64,000 nt of DNA from Octopus sinensis (taxonomy: Eukaryota), in assembly GCF_006345805.1 (NCBI RefSeq), contig NC_043022.1, forward strand, positions 11,160,001-11,224,000, read 5' to 3'. The number at the start of each line of letters is the position of its first letter. Positions within the stretch are counted from its first letter, which is position 1. The notes under the pieces were generated by a model. The model ran no database searches, was not told the origin of the DNA, and was given only the letters and a program-made list of their open reading frames with translations. This document shows positions 25,435-39,559 of the stretch, piece after piece. A program made the position numbers and the translations under genes.

Positions 25435-25468
<34 letters not shown>

Positions 25469-25639
25469 GAGAAGTGCGACTGTTATCAAATTAACAATAT
25501 TTCGACATTTCGTGTGTCTTCTACAGATTCAAGAATAAACTTGTCAATTTACATCATTTTGGTAATATTTGTTGGATTGATGTTACTTCTCATGATGCAC
25601 ACCACGAAGAAATGATCAAGCTAAGCAACAACTACCCCC

Positions 25640-25770
25640 AAAAACATACTATCCACTCCAATTATGAAGAGAAGAGAGGATGAAACCCATAAACTGACCA
25701 CAGTCTGTCTACCCTATGGGAAAAGATACTAAAGATATGCGACCCATATGACATCAGGACAGTATTCATC
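25640..25770 (+). mobile_element. Penelope-like RT/GIY-YIG linker fragment
   Basis: KLTTVCLPY...KICDPYDIRTVF-like reading. Confidence 0.4.
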
Positions 25771-28180
25771 TTGATAAAGTAATTTATGCAAATCACTTGG
25801 CTCCTCAGCTACAAGACACTTCTTTTAATAACTTCAGCATGACAATTTAAGCGTTCTATATAAACTTTGAAATCTATTTCAAATAAACTTTTGAGAAACA
25901 GTAAATTTGACAAATACGGTTATTCCAAATCTGGATAACTTCTGAATGTTATGTATTCAAAGGTGTCCGCTTCTATAATATGTAACGGTCATATAGAATG
26001 TAGTTTGATATAAAAAGAGGTAAAAGTTATTAGCACCCATCCTTGTCTATTTGTCTTATCTGAACTATTTTTCCCGTATGTGAGCATTGTTCTGTCAGAT
26101 TATAAAAAAGCAGAAAGTGGGTGAAGGGGTAGGGGAGAAGAAATAGATATTAAATCTTTGAGTAACTCAATATTTAGAAGAAAATAAATAAACTAATTTA
26201 ACATAACTACAGTTACTGAGTAGCAGTGCTCCAGCATGGAATTTGCCGTGATTTTAAAACTAAAGAACTATGCTGCGTGTTACATAATATCTTATCCAAA
26301 TTCAGAAGACTGAAAAGTCAGAAAGTTTTTTAACACGTCATTTGGCGTCTGGCGCCAGTTTTACTGAAAGTTTTATTTTTAAAATTATAAGTACACTAGA
26401 AACTGTATGGTCTATCTTATCTCACTTCATTTACCAGTTTATTATGGTAAAAATAAACTATATTTTGGGAGTTTTATCGATCCTCTTCACTATCAATATT
26501 CATAACGCAAATGAACAATATTGTGCAAAACTTTCGCTAGGCTGTGTATATGTATCGTGTAATACATAAATGTCTTGTTTTATATATTTTTACATTATCC
26601 TGAGCTTACCAAGTGATATTTTCACCATAATTATGGTAAGTTTGTAAAATTGTTCACTAGGTTCTACCAATTCACTTTAATGGTATCCCTATGAGCTCAA
26701 AACTTAAGTTCAACTTGCCATCGAGATATATGGAAAACAGAATTTTGTCATCAAATTTGAAAGATTCCAGGGAATCTAGACTTGCAATTTAAGATTTACT
26801 ACCACTTCCAATGTAAAAAAAAAAATTCTCAAGTGTTTCAGGTAAAAGATTGTACTGGTATTATTTTTTTCGACTCCAGATGAATAAAAAAAAAAACGTT
26901 GACAAAAGAAAACATATAAAAAGAAGTGATATAGCAAGAATTTCTTTTCATAAATATAGGTTTCTCTAAAAGATGACGATAAGTTACGAAGAAAAATGAT
27001 GAAAAAGTAAAATAAAATCGCGTACTTTTAAATGTCATTCCTCCTCCTTACTTCTGAAATCTTTTTGCGTTCAACGAAACCAAGCGAAAAAAAATGAAAG
27101 CAGTCAAGGGTAAGTACCTAAATATCTTCGTTAGGGTTGGATGACGACTAAGTGCAAAAATCACGGAAGATTTTTTTTATATCCTGGAGTATATAAAAGT
27201 TCAAAAACACATGCAGTTAGCAGGGGGGAATTAGGGTTAAGGTTAATGTTATATTGTTGGATAGATAACAACAAAAGAAACACAGAAGCAATACGTAAAA
27301 CTATTTTAAATATAATCCCCAAATTGAAACGCCACCTTGAAAATGTAACTCCGTATGAATTCAGCTACTGAAAGTCTTCAGGTTGTTTATCGTAATCCTA
27401 CGACCTTGATCATTGATATTCTCAGTCGTTTGAGAATTAAATATATTTGTTAAACGGAGAACTGCTAGGTGAAAAGTTGTCATCTGCTTATTCTTCGATA
27501 ATCTGCTTTACTGTATACTTGGCCTATGTACAAATCTCCTGCATATCACACCCCTAGATCCAGTCAAGTGACTACGAGGATTCCCTGGCTGGTTTATACT
27601 CTGTAATTCCTATGTGAAAACTAAACCAATTTAGTGATCAAGTGTGAATTTATCTAATCTTAGATCTTCTTTCCCATAAATTTGAATCCTTATGTGAGAA
27701 ATCAATTTCAGGAATCAAACACAGTTTAAAAGTCCACGAAAATAAGATAAATATAAGTGATCATGAAAGTGAAACCAAAATGCAGAAACTGTGTTATAAA
27801 TACCGTACGTAAGAACCTTACTTCTGGTTATCATAAATTAATTTATGACTGACAATATTAATTTCATTTAAATAGGAAAGCTTATTGATATATTATAAAT
27901 GAGTGATTATAAAATATAACATTCAAGCCAAAGGAAGTAGAACAACAAAAATAGAAAAGAGAAGAGATTCTACAGTTATATTACATTTATAAATACACTT
28001 AGTGTATGAATGGATATTTATATATTTATGTTTAAATTTACTTAACTTCTTACCAATGGATACGAGTAAATAGGTTCGGCATAATATGATCTCAGAACCG
28101 AAGAATTTATAACTAAATGCTCTAATGGGGAAACCCCCGCCCGCGGGAGCAATTGCGCCCGTAGGCTGATATACTCGTAT

Positions 28181-28345
28181 CTCTTACTCTTTTACTTGTT
28201 TCAGTCATTTGACTGTGGCCATGCTCGAGCACCGCCTTAAGTCGAGCAAATCGACTCCCACGACTTATTCTATCGGTCTCTTTTGCCGAACCGCTAAGTT
28301 ACGGGGACGTAAACACACCAGCATCGGTTGTCAAGTGATGTTGGG
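28181..28345 (+). mobile_element. Octopus-type SINE, family A
   Basis: cttgtttcagtcatttgactgtggccatgctcgagcaccgcc...gccgaaccgctaagttacggggacgtaaacacaccagcatcggttgtcaag. Confidence 0.85.
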
Positions 28346-28404
28346 GGGGGGGGACAAACACAGACACACAAACATATACACACACATACACATATATATA
28401 CATA

Positions 28405-28560
28405 TATACGACGGGCTTCTTTCAGTTTCCGTCTACCAAATCCACTCACAAAGCTTTGGTCGGCCCGAGGAGAAGACACTTGCCCAAGGTGCCACGCAGT
28501 GGGACTGAACCCGGAACCATGTGGTTCGTAAGCAAGCTACTTACCACACAGCCACTCCTA
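28405..28560 (-). mobile_element. tRNA-derived SINE, family B
   Basis: Minus strand gtggctgtgtggtaagtagcttgc...ggttccgggttcagtcccactgcgtggcaccttgggcaagtgtcttc (A/B-box-like head). Confidence 0.85.
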
Positions 28561-29034
28561 CGTATGTACAAAATAAAGTAAATTTTTCAATTATAAAATT
28601 TATACAATACTCATATACTGATTTGCGACATAGATCAGGTTTCCACTACGACTTAAAACGGTCAGACTCGAAAAGAATCTCCGAAATCGACACTCACCCT
28701 CTTTCTGTCAATCGATAGGCAAAAATATTTTTAAATCTATTAAAAATCAAAAACAAATTAGTAAAGCTTCATCGAAACAGAAACTACTAACTTGGTGCTT
28801 GTGAACAGGATTATACATAAATCAAGTTAAACCTTGCAGAACCAAAGGATATCTTAATTTTTTTGCAGATTTTTATTTTTTACCACTTTTACAACACAAA
28901 AATGCATGCACGACTACGAGCCAGTTGGCTATTGTTTTTTCCAGGCAGCGGTAATAACAAAAATTCCGAAAGCGATAATATAAATTTAACCAGTTTATAA
29001 CTTTGTTAAATCAATTTTTCAATACCCTTATTAA

Positions 29035-30250
29035 TATGGCAAGCGGTTATAAAAATCCTATAAAAAGAAGTACTGGTGGGCTGAGCTATATTTTTTTATT
29101 GAAATAGATAACAAATGCATTTGTTTTATTTGCAAAGAACAAGTAGCCGTTCATAAAAAATATAATATAAAGAGGCATTTTGTGAGTAAGCATAAGACCT
29201 ATGGAAATTTAAAAGAATCTCAACGTTTTTACAAGATAGCCTCTCTGAACGAAAATCTGACCAAAAGACAAGCTTTCTTGAAAGTTAATCAATTGCTCGA
29301 GCTAGTTATACGGTATACAAATATATTTCTTGGTGAATTCGTGAAAGAATGTAACCTTATTGCTGTTGAAAATATATGCCCAGAAAAACTTAATTTGTTT
29401 GGAAATATTAACTTATCAAGAAGAACTGTTTTTGATCGTATTAAAGATATTGCTAATGACATTCAAAATTCTCTAAAAATCTGATTCAGCAGAATTCATG
29501 TTGTATTCATTAGCTATTGATAAGACAACTGACCTGTCTAAATACTGCTCAGATGGTAATATTTATACAGGCAATAACTGCAAAATTCAACATTTGGGAA
29601 GAATTTCTTGCCTTGAAATCAATGCATAGAACAACTGATCAACTCAGCCTTGAAAGATTTTGATTTACCATATGAAAAAATGAGTGGTCTTGCTACAGAT
29701 GGCACGCCATCTATGGTAGGTCATGAAAAAGGGTTCGTAGCTCAGATTAAGAATAGATTTAAGAAGCGTCTTTTGGATCCGAAAGCTGTGTGTCACTGCT
29801 TTATTCATATGGAAAGTTTAAGTGCAAAATCTCTCAAGATGGGCAACGTAATGAAAGTTGTAACTGAGGCCGTTAATTTGATAAAAAAGCAAAGGATTGA
29901 ATACTAGGGAATTTAAAGCCGAATATGAGGATTTATTGTACCATTGTGAAGTTAAGAGGTTAAGTAAGGCCCAAAATGCTTAAGGGATTTTATGAACTGA
30001 AGGAAGAAGTGAAAACTTTTATGGATATTAAAAGTGTTCCTATTTTAGAACTGGAAGACAAAAATTTTCAAATTGATTTAGCATTTTTTGTAGATATAAC
30101 TAGTCATTTAAATAATTTGAACATAAAACTACAAGGCTCCAATCAGCTAGTAACCAGTTTGCTTTCTCATATCAAAAGTTTTGAATCGATGCTTCATTTA
30201 TTTGTTACACAATTGAAAAGAAAGTGCTTCACACATATTCTTAAAACTTC
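29035..30250 (+). mobile_element. hAT (SPIN/Buster, GTF2IRD2-like) transposase remnant
   Basis: CICFICKEQVAVHKKYNIKRHFVSKH (BED-like), LSRRTV, LATDGTPSMVG, HCFIHMESL, DLAFFVDITSHLNNLNIKLQG. Stops and frameshifts. Confidence 0.85.
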
Positions 30251-30405
30251 AAAAAAAAAAAAGAAAGAAAAAAGTAATTTCATCGTTCTCACTAACGTGA
30301 TCATTCGACTAGCTCAAAAGGCAGCCAAATCCCCTTAAACCGATTTACATAAATTAACTTTAAATATATATATTTACGGCTTTAATATATATACATACAT
30401 ACATA

Positions 30406-30789
30406 CGAGGGTGGGTCAAAAGGTAATGCCATTTTGTTTAGGACAGGTATAATTACCAACACAGGAACATGTATCATACATCAAAATGAAGCAGGTCCTC
30501 TGTGGATCACATCCCTACTTCTCAACATAGTCACCGTTTCTCTCAATAGCAATGTTCCACCTTCGAATGAGAGCATGTATCCCTGCCCCGTAAAATTCTG
30601 TTGACTTTTCTTTGAGCCACTTCTTCACTACAGTTTTCACTTCCTCGTCACTGGAATAATGTTTGCCTCTCAAGCCCTCTTTCATGGGGCCGAAATGATG
30701 ATAGTCCAGTGACGAGAAAGTGAAAACTGCAGTGAAGAAGTGGCTCAAAGAACAGTCAACAAATGGCATTACTTTTTGATTCACCCTCG
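30406..30789 (-). mobile_element. Non-autonomous mariner derivative (384 bp) with TIRs, TA duplication and internal inverted duplication
   Basis: TA-cgagggtgggtcaaaaggtaatgcca ... tggcattactttttgattcaccctcg-TA. Carries DYHHFGPMKEGLRGKHYSSDEEVK...GDYVEK. Confidence 0.9.
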
Positions 30790-31245
30790 TACGTAATAAA
30801 TTTGAAGGAAAGTGAATAAATTAGAGATAAAGATATTAATTGAAAAGTTCACAAAGCTACACTATTTTACTAGTTTTAATAAAATCTCACAAACATTGAA
30901 AATCTTATTAATACATAATTATGTAAGAGTTAGTATGGAATTACTAAGTTTATAACTATATAAAGTAATGTAGGAAATACGTAGGTAAAGTTTTTAAATA
31001 ATAACGATAGATAATTTGAAAATTAGTTTACGCATAATTTAATATGTTAAAACGTTTAAAGAAATATAGACAGATCAAATATATTCCGATATTATGTTCC
31101 ATTTATCAGATTCAATAGGTAGTGTATTTTTAAAAATAAAGTTTTTAGGTATCATATTTTTTGTTCAAAATTAGCTATAAATGAATATTAATGAAATTTT
31201 TCGTAATAGAATAACTGAAATGTAATATATAATAGTCAAGCAGCT

Positions 31246-32610
31246 TCATCCTGGTCGGAAACCATGCTGAGTGTCAGGCAGCAAGTCATTTTCTTCAAGG
31301 AAAGTGATTAGTTTTCTTCTGACTATTCGTTCCATGACCTTGCTGATGTTTGAGGTCAGAGAGATAGGTCTGTACTTCTTGGCCTCTGCTCTGCTACCTC
31401 CTTTATGAATAGGGCATATTTTACCCTCCTTCAGTTTTCTTGGAAGTTTGCTAGTTGCAAGGAAGCTCTGAAAGAGGGACTGCGGTGGTCTTCCTAGGAC
31501 TCGCTTACATACTTTTAGAAGGATTGCTGGGAATCCATCAGGGCCAATAGCTGAGTTTGGGTTCATTTCATCTATAGCCCTTATTACATCGTCTTCCTTT
31601 ATATTGATGTAATCGATCATCATTGCCTCTGTTTTTATATCTGCAGTGGTAAAGAAGTCAGTTGGATTGCTGACTTGAAAGTGCCCAAGGATTGGCGTGA
31701 AAGTACTTTTGTATTGCACATTTAAGATTTCACTTATCCTCATTGGATTTCCTGTGAGTGTACCATCTTTTTCAAGGAGTGGCCCTATCCTGCAGTGCAC
31801 CGAAGCTGTGTCTTTGGCAAACTTGAAGAAAGCTCTGGAGTTAGATTTTATATTGTCTATAGCTTAGGCTTCTTTGTCTGCTCTTTCTTTTTCATGGGAG
31901 AGTTGCAGATTTTTTCAATTTCCAGCAGTGGTATTTTCAGGTGGGACTTTTCACTGCTTTCAATGTCTTTGTTTAGGCGATTTAAAACTTTTGTACGCCG
32001 TCTCATAAGAATTTTCCTCTCCTTGGGGATTTTGTTCTTGTGTATAGTGGCCTTTCCCTCCGGGACACATTTGTAGCATATGGCTTGCATTACAGACATG
32101 AATTGTTGAAGTTTCATGTCGATGTCCGATGAGGAGAGACATTTAGGCCAGTTTTGTTTGAGGATCTTTTTCTCAATTTGTTTCCAGTTTGTCTTCTGGA
32201 AGTTCAAGCTGGAAAGATTCTGAGCGTTTCTTGTAGGCTGCATGTTCATGCTTTCCTTTGGTCCGCACATGGTCAGCTCTACCATGTTGTGATCCGAGAG
32301 CAGCGTCGGTGTCACTTTCACATTATGGATGAGATCTATATTTTTTGTGAAGCAGAGATCCAGTATGCTATCTGCCCTGGTTGGTTGTTCAATGTACAAA
32401 GTGTTGATGAGGTTCAGGGGGACTTCACTTGTCCTTGTTCGCATTGTGTCATTCCTGGGAGAGAAAGGCCCTCGGGCCATCTGACACTGGGAAGATTGAA
32501 GTCACCCATAAGAAGTACACTTATATGTTGTTCTAATGTGACTAGAACTTCTATTTTTGTAAGGCAGAAAAGCCTACGGAAAAGACCATGGTAACCTTGG
32601 GCAATAATGT
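31246..32610 (-). mobile_element. CR1-clade LINE ORF2 fragment (endonuclease, linker, RT start), same family as 21724-23678
   Basis: LLMGDFNLP, PTRADSILDLCF, LSDHNMVELT, AIGPDGFPAILLK, YRPISLTS, QHGFRPG. ORFs 31857-32480 and 31246-31800. Confidence 0.9.
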
Positions 32611-32849
32611 CATGCAAAAAAATCACATTACAGTAAGTGACTCTCTTTTTTCCTTTCTGTTTTTGATTCATAGGATTATGCTCAAGCTGGCTCCGTTATT
32701 CACACGTGCCCTCCTTGCTACATTCACCCATCTTTTTTGAAACATTCACTAGACAAAACTTCCCTCTCTACTCTCACCTTTCAGACGCGTTCACCATACA
32801 CATTCTTTCGCCGGACGACAGGCTGTTTTCCTTTTCTGCTTACAAAATC

Positions 32850-32970
32850 CACGTACAAGACTTTCGTCGGTCCCAGGCTCTAGTAGAAGACACTTGCCCA
32901 AGAAGCAAAACTGAAGCCAAGACCATGTGGTTGGGAAGTAAACTTCTTACCACAGCCATTCCTCCGCCTA
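32850..32970 (-). mobile_element. SINE family B, partial
   Basis: agtagaagacacttgcccaag...accatgtggttgggaagtaaacttcttaccacagcca matches 28405-28560. Confidence 0.7.
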
Positions 32971-35579
32971 GACATGAAATTTTAGGATGATTATGAAAAA
33001 ACATGTCCGATCAAAACAAGAGAAAGATATGTGGAACCAGAAATAAATCAATCGAAATTAATGTATGTAACAAAGATAGATCAGTCTGTTTGTTCAAATA
33101 TATCTTTGATGAGATGTGTGCACAAAAGTTTTTTTTATACACTTTTATTCTATACAGTTTTTTAAAATTCCAATTAATCCTGAAGTATTTCTAAATCTGC
33201 ACTATTAAATGTATACTTTTTAAGAGATGGTTGGGGTGAAGGGGACCAAACTTGTGTAATATATTGTAGTTTGGGTAAAAAGATTCTACAGACCCCTCCT
33301 TTTTTGACGACTTTAAGAATGGGCAGACATTTTCAGATCATTTGTGGATGTAATTCCAAGACCTAAAACTACTTTATCAAATGAAATAACGGTGTCATCT
33401 AAATAAAGGTTTTATACAAATGATTATTGTAATCTAAATGCATTACAGTACATTTTTTTGTAAAAATAAATCCACAAATTTGTCATTAATAACTTCCCAT
33501 AACTTTAACACTACCCAATAAGCTAATGAGACAATGGCTTTTTGTTAAATCCTGGAAGGAATGGCATTTTATGTAAAGAAAAAAATTGACATTTCCCACT
33601 GACTAGGATTTTTTCTTGTTTTATTGGAAAAATTTTAAATTTTATTTATTCTAAAATTTTACCTAATAAACTAATTAAAAATTAGGAAATACCACCTTTA
33701 AAACAAAAAAAAAATCGAAAACTATATTATGTACAGTTTAGATATAAAATTTAATAAATAGAATGATCAAGTCTAAGATGCAAAAACAAATTTTAAAATG
33801 CTTATTAAAAAGAACGTTGCTTTATCTAAATTCTTGTAGGTAACTTTATGCTGATAACTTTTATTCCGCTGTACAAAATATTTCTGAATAACTAAAACTT
33901 CATTTGATGCAGAATGCTTTTTTGCGCAGCAGAACCGTATAGTACGTTAGGCACAGCTTTTCTTAACTGTTTTCACATGAAAAAAATGTATTATATTCAT
34001 CATTTTCCACGTAGCAGAGGAAGTTGTGAAGAATCCTATTTTTAGAAAGTGTATGGCGTTTCAGGCTGGGATAAGAAATAGGGAGAGATGGGAAGTTCAC
34101 TGTTTGTAACAAAGCAGCTGAAGGTAAAGTTATCGTTAAGAATTCGGAAATGAGGTCAAGTCGACATCATTTATGGAATTTATCTCTTAAATGAAAAAAA
34201 AATTCATCGGTTGCTTTAGTGAAACTACTATTTATTCGCAATTATCTTCATCTACTCAAGAAATTGAGAGAAGAGCAGAACCATTTATCCTTTGTAGTGT
34301 TAAAGGATAGCATTGAAGGAAATAACAATCGTTGCTTAGAATGAGCGCTGATGGAGCCAAAATCCTTGCCTCTATAGATGCATGATAAGGATTTTCAACA
34401 GAAGGAAACGGGGCTCATGGAAGCATTGGAGATAGTGAATTAAACCGACATAATATATGAACATTTTTTTATCGATCCTGTAAAGTTCAGAGGCAAAGTG
34501 GACTTCTATTTTGATTTTGAATTCAAAACGTAAAGTGACTTGACAATGTTACAGAGCATTTTTTTTAATCGCTCGTTCTGCCACTCTACCGTCTTATCAA
34601 TACTGTATAGGCTTAAAGTCATACACAAATTCCGGGTAAAGGTCAATATTTGATTTTATCATCTACAGAAAATAACTGACACTCATAAAATCGACTTAAA
34701 AATGCCGGACAACCAACGCAAGGTATTCTGTTCTCTATTCCAGTGATAACAGAACGATCTCTAAGTACAAGGACAGAAACGTTTGTGGTGAGGGCACATT
34801 CGATTAAGATGACCACAGTACCTCATTGGTACTTATTTTTGTCAATCCCCAGAAGGACGAAATCCAAAATCGACCTCTGTTGAAATTGAAATCAGAATAA
34901 GCAGGGGATTTTCTTAGTAGCTCATCTACAAAAACAAAACAGTTTACAATACTATCTCCCTCTATACTCATTTATTCTTCACTATTTTTATTTTTCTCTA
35001 ACTATCCAAAATCTATCCCTCATTATCACCCTTTGACAATGGGAACTTGTCCAAAAGGTTATCCCTTTCCTATTCATAATTGTTTATATTCACTAACAGC
35101 CAACGAAGATCACCTTAATTTTCTCAGATACTGTAGGTTATTTAGCAATACGGTCTTATTCCAGGAAACTTGTGATAAAGATTAAGCAAATATGGTCAAT
35201 TTTGGGCATATTTTATGAATTTGTCTTCAAACTTAGACAAATTCTTAAATTTGCTTTTATTTCTTATCAATAACAAGAATAAAAATATCAAGGAACATTT
35301 AGTTGTTTCTAATTATATTTTTTATGCCCTCTGCTTTGATTCTGTTAACTAAAACTTAATTACTGCTTTTCACTCAGATTGTGTATGTCTGAGTAATGAT
35401 CGTTCTTGTTTAGCTCCAAATATGTCTTCATCAAACAGACATAATGGCCCAATGCATCGTTCCTTTTTAAGATCATACGGTGAATTATGACGAAAATTTT
35501 GTTATTAATTTTAAGCAGGTAGCGTGACAACATAAAAGGTTACTCTTTGGTTCGGCGAATATGTTTATTTTTTTTTATT

Positions 35580-35780
35580 TTAGTTTCAAATTTTGGCACA
35601 TGGCCAGCAGTTTCGGGGAAGCGGGTAAGTCGATTACATCGACCCCCGTGCTCAAATGGTACTTATTTTATTAACCCTTAAGGAATGAAAGCAAAGTCAA
35701 CCTCGACGAATTTGAATTCAGAACGTAAAAACGGTCCAAATATTGCTAAGCATTCTGCACAGCATGCTAACGATACCAAT
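35580..35780 (-). mobile_element. SINE family C
   Basis: caaattttggcaca...gtcgattacatcgacccc...ggtacttattttatt...gtcaacctcgacgaatttgaattcagaacgt...gctaacgat. Confidence 0.75.
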
Positions 35781-38700
35781 TTAATATGTCAATTTATGAC
35801 ACTGTCATTAGTACTTCGGTAAGCATAGTGGAATACATGCTTTACTGTTGTTACCTGTATTTACTGAAACAATTAAAGCAATATTGATCATTGAATTAAT
35901 ATTATCTTTTCTGCTTCGTAAAATTGTCTATAAATTGATTTTTATACTCACTGCATTAAATTTGTTAATACTCACTTAGATAAGATAACTGATCCTGGCA
36001 AGATTCTATAATTTAAACTATGGCATTCTAATACTAGTATTGAAAATAACCAGTATTGTTTGAAGTATAATTCGCGGAAACAACATTTCAGTGATTTTTT
36101 TGTGAACTGAAAGGACTTGGAGGCTGCCTCGCTACTCAAACGACAAAATTTAATATGGGGATTCACAGAAATGATTGAAGAACAATATTAATTATCCAGA
36201 TGACCATTTATTAAGTTGGTTATTATATTACTAATTGTTACAATATATAAGATATATACAACTTCGAGTTGTTTGTATATGTACACAGTTTGTGTACATA
36301 CATTTTGTATGATAGTAGCTTCATCAGACTGCTACGGATAAAAACAGAGTAAAAGGGATGTAAATAGTCAAGGCGGATAGAGTAACAGTTGTGTTCTCAC
36401 TCTCACGACAGAACATACCTGAAGGAGAAAAACAGCCTTACTCATGGGTAGGCACCGAATTACCAACGTAGTAACAGTAATTTTGCTTATGTATTTATAT
36501 TTCTGCCAATAGAATTAGGTCAAGCTAAAAAAAAAAAATTTCTCTTCTCTTGATCTGCTTTGATCGATGCATGTCTCGAAAATACTCGAGAGGTCAGTTC
36601 ATTCTCAATAATTTCTCCGTGCAAAAAGACTAAGACAAAAGGCCTAGAACTTATTTGACAACGTAGGGAAAACGTCGAATCGCTTTCGAATCTTACCTAA
36701 GGTATTCTGTAGCTGTTTACTACACTTAGTGGACTACTAATTCATGATTCATACTTCCAATCAACTGCAAACAGATCTATCAAGGAAATTTTACATTATT
36801 TCAGTTCACCTGCTTTTAGTGATAAAGTTGCCAGCATGTTTAGCTCGTACTGCTAATTTTTATGGCATAATCAAAGAAGAAATGGCAGCACCAACAATCT
36901 TTTTACCAGGTTTCCGAGACTAGCAGCCACAAATTATCCTCAGATTTTTGGCTCCATTGCTTGAAACAGACTAGATTCAACTAAAGATAACATGGGTCAT
37001 GAGGACACGATGCAATGTCTTAAATCTTCCACCCCAAAACAGGAATGATCTTTAAGACAGATAAGCATGCGATTTTTGTGTACCAAATTTCACTCACAAA
37101 GTTTTGGTCGATAATTAAATGACAAAAATGCTAAGATAGTATCCAGCAGTAATTTGCAATTAGTAACCTAATCAACTTTTCAAAAATTATGCATAGGGAC
37201 GAAACAGCAAAAGGGATGAGGCATTTGGGATGTTGTGTTTTAAATATGAATTAATTAAGCACATATATATACACACACACACATATGTATACATACAGGC
37301 AGACACGTGGCCTGAGATCTGCTGAAGGGATTAAATGGGAAGTTATGCTGCGAATATTCTTTTATTTATTTTTTTTCATGGAGAGGAAGAGCGATGCCTA
37401 GCCCCCTTCTTTTTACTTTCGGGTTTAATGAGGCTGGGTGGAAAGAAGAGAAGTTGTCATCAGAACAGGGACATAACCGAATTGCTTGATATAATATGTG
37501 ATCTTTGCTAAATGCATCCAAAGACCATTGATGTTAAACCGAATGACGAATTAAATCTACTACTTAAAAGCAGACTACCATAAAATTTCCGTCAATTAAA
37601 TTTTACTCACAAGTCGTTGGTTAAACCGAAGCTGTAAGAGAAACGAATTTTAAAATCATGCTACTGGCTAGCTATCTAACAGCTGACAATGAGCACAAGA
37701 ATTTCTAGGAAAGTTACTCTCGAAAGACTGACGTCCTATCTAGAAAAAGACGTGCTTCATATTCTCAACCATTCAAAAGCTGGAGTTACTCTATAGGAGT
37801 CATCCAGGACCGAAAACTAAGTTTATCTTTTACTATTTTTTTAGTGCCAGTGTTTGGACTGAGGTCATAGTGGGAGCACTACCTCTAAGGATCCATCAAA
37901 TCCTAGTACTTATTTCAGTTTTAAAATATTTCATTCATCTTCGTATGTTAAACCAATGTTATAGGACATGTTATAGGCATGCCCGATATGTCTTTATTTA
38001 CATTATCGGATATAAAAATAAACACACGGTAACAACATGTAAACAGATAAGTGGAGCACGGCGCGCGCTATACATGCGTGTATTGTTAGAATAGATTAGA
38101 TTAGATTAGATTAGATTAGACAGACAGACAATCAGAAATTATTCCCATTAAGGTTCAGTTATTCGATCAAATAAATGACAAATTTTTGAACTGCTAAAAG
38201 TAATGCAAATTGAGAATAAATAAAATGCAGTGAATCGAATCTTTGCTCCAGATCACAATAAATAGAATCATTTGATAACAAAGTGGACGCTGGCTCTAAC
38301 GCTGCTTGGCTTCATCCCGAGAGGATTTAGATGAAACGTCCATGTTCCCTGCTAATAGTTTAGAATCCATTAGGGTTGAAATCCGGTGTTCTCAAATTTG
38401 TCGAATGACATTCACCAGATTGTCAATGTTATCCTTCTCATTATCAAGTGTATAATCATCTACTTTAATTATCAGACATACTTTAATTATCAGATATACT
38501 TGATATTTCCAATATCTTTAACGATAAAGTTGACATCGGCATAAATTGAAATGGAGACGTACTTAAGAGTGCTATTTAGTTCAGTTTGAATTTATATTGT
38601 AATATTTAAATGTCCAAACTTACCTTTTTTTCCATAGAATGTTATGCATTAGTTTTACACTGTTGATACATGCAGCCCATCTATTCTTGGATATTTGATG

Positions 38701-38982
38701 CAAGAAGAAAACATATAGCGGATGTTGCTTTAGAATTTTCAAACTTTGTAGACAAATGCTAACATGTACACTTGAATTGTTGCACAGTAAATAACTGCTC
38801 CATTAAATGACTAATCGCTGTCAACACCAACGAGGTTTAGTGTATGATTTCCACAGCTGGAACAAATGCAGGTTGAATTAAGCCCCCGAGGGACTGCTTG
38901 TATTCCATTAAGCTTTCGTGTACATTCGATCTATTATTCTGAGCTTGACCAATACAAACTTGAATATCGAAATTAAACCTTC

Positions 38983-39019
<37 letters not shown>

Positions 39020-39559
39020 TGGAATTCTTCCCCACTACTTTTTTTAAATCAAACTATCAAGCTGAATCTTCCTCACATGAATATCTTGAATTATTTACAA
39101 ATTTTATATGCTGAATAATTTAAATAGTTTGCTACTTGTGTGGCATCACAACGGTTGAATATTTGGCATTTAAAATTTCATCAATGGCTTTCTCTTCAGC
39201 AAGTACTTCACCGAACGTTTAGAGACTCTCTTGTCATTCTCGCATGTTTGAGTTGTTTTGCATCTCAAAGTGCATCATATTTGTCGAGAAGGTAAATGTT
39301 GCAAAAAAAAAAAAAAAAAAAAATTCCACTCAACGTCACCGAACATTGGCTGAAAAAAAAAAAAGATTTATCTGCACTAAGAAGTAAGGTAATATTCAAT
39401 AATCATGTCTCCGGTTACTCGCTTCTGTATTTAGCTCAGTTAATATAAAATTATCATTTGATCTTCCAACGATCTACCTTAGCGACTAATTTCCATTTTC
39501 CTTTGTGCAGTAATGAATTTTCATGTGACGGTATTCGATCTTTCAGTTTTAGAAAGAGA

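Noticed and set aside
28405-28560. tRNA gene
   Set aside because: Has A/B-box-like motifs but no full cloverleaf, and it recurs as a dispersed repeat, so it is a SINE head.
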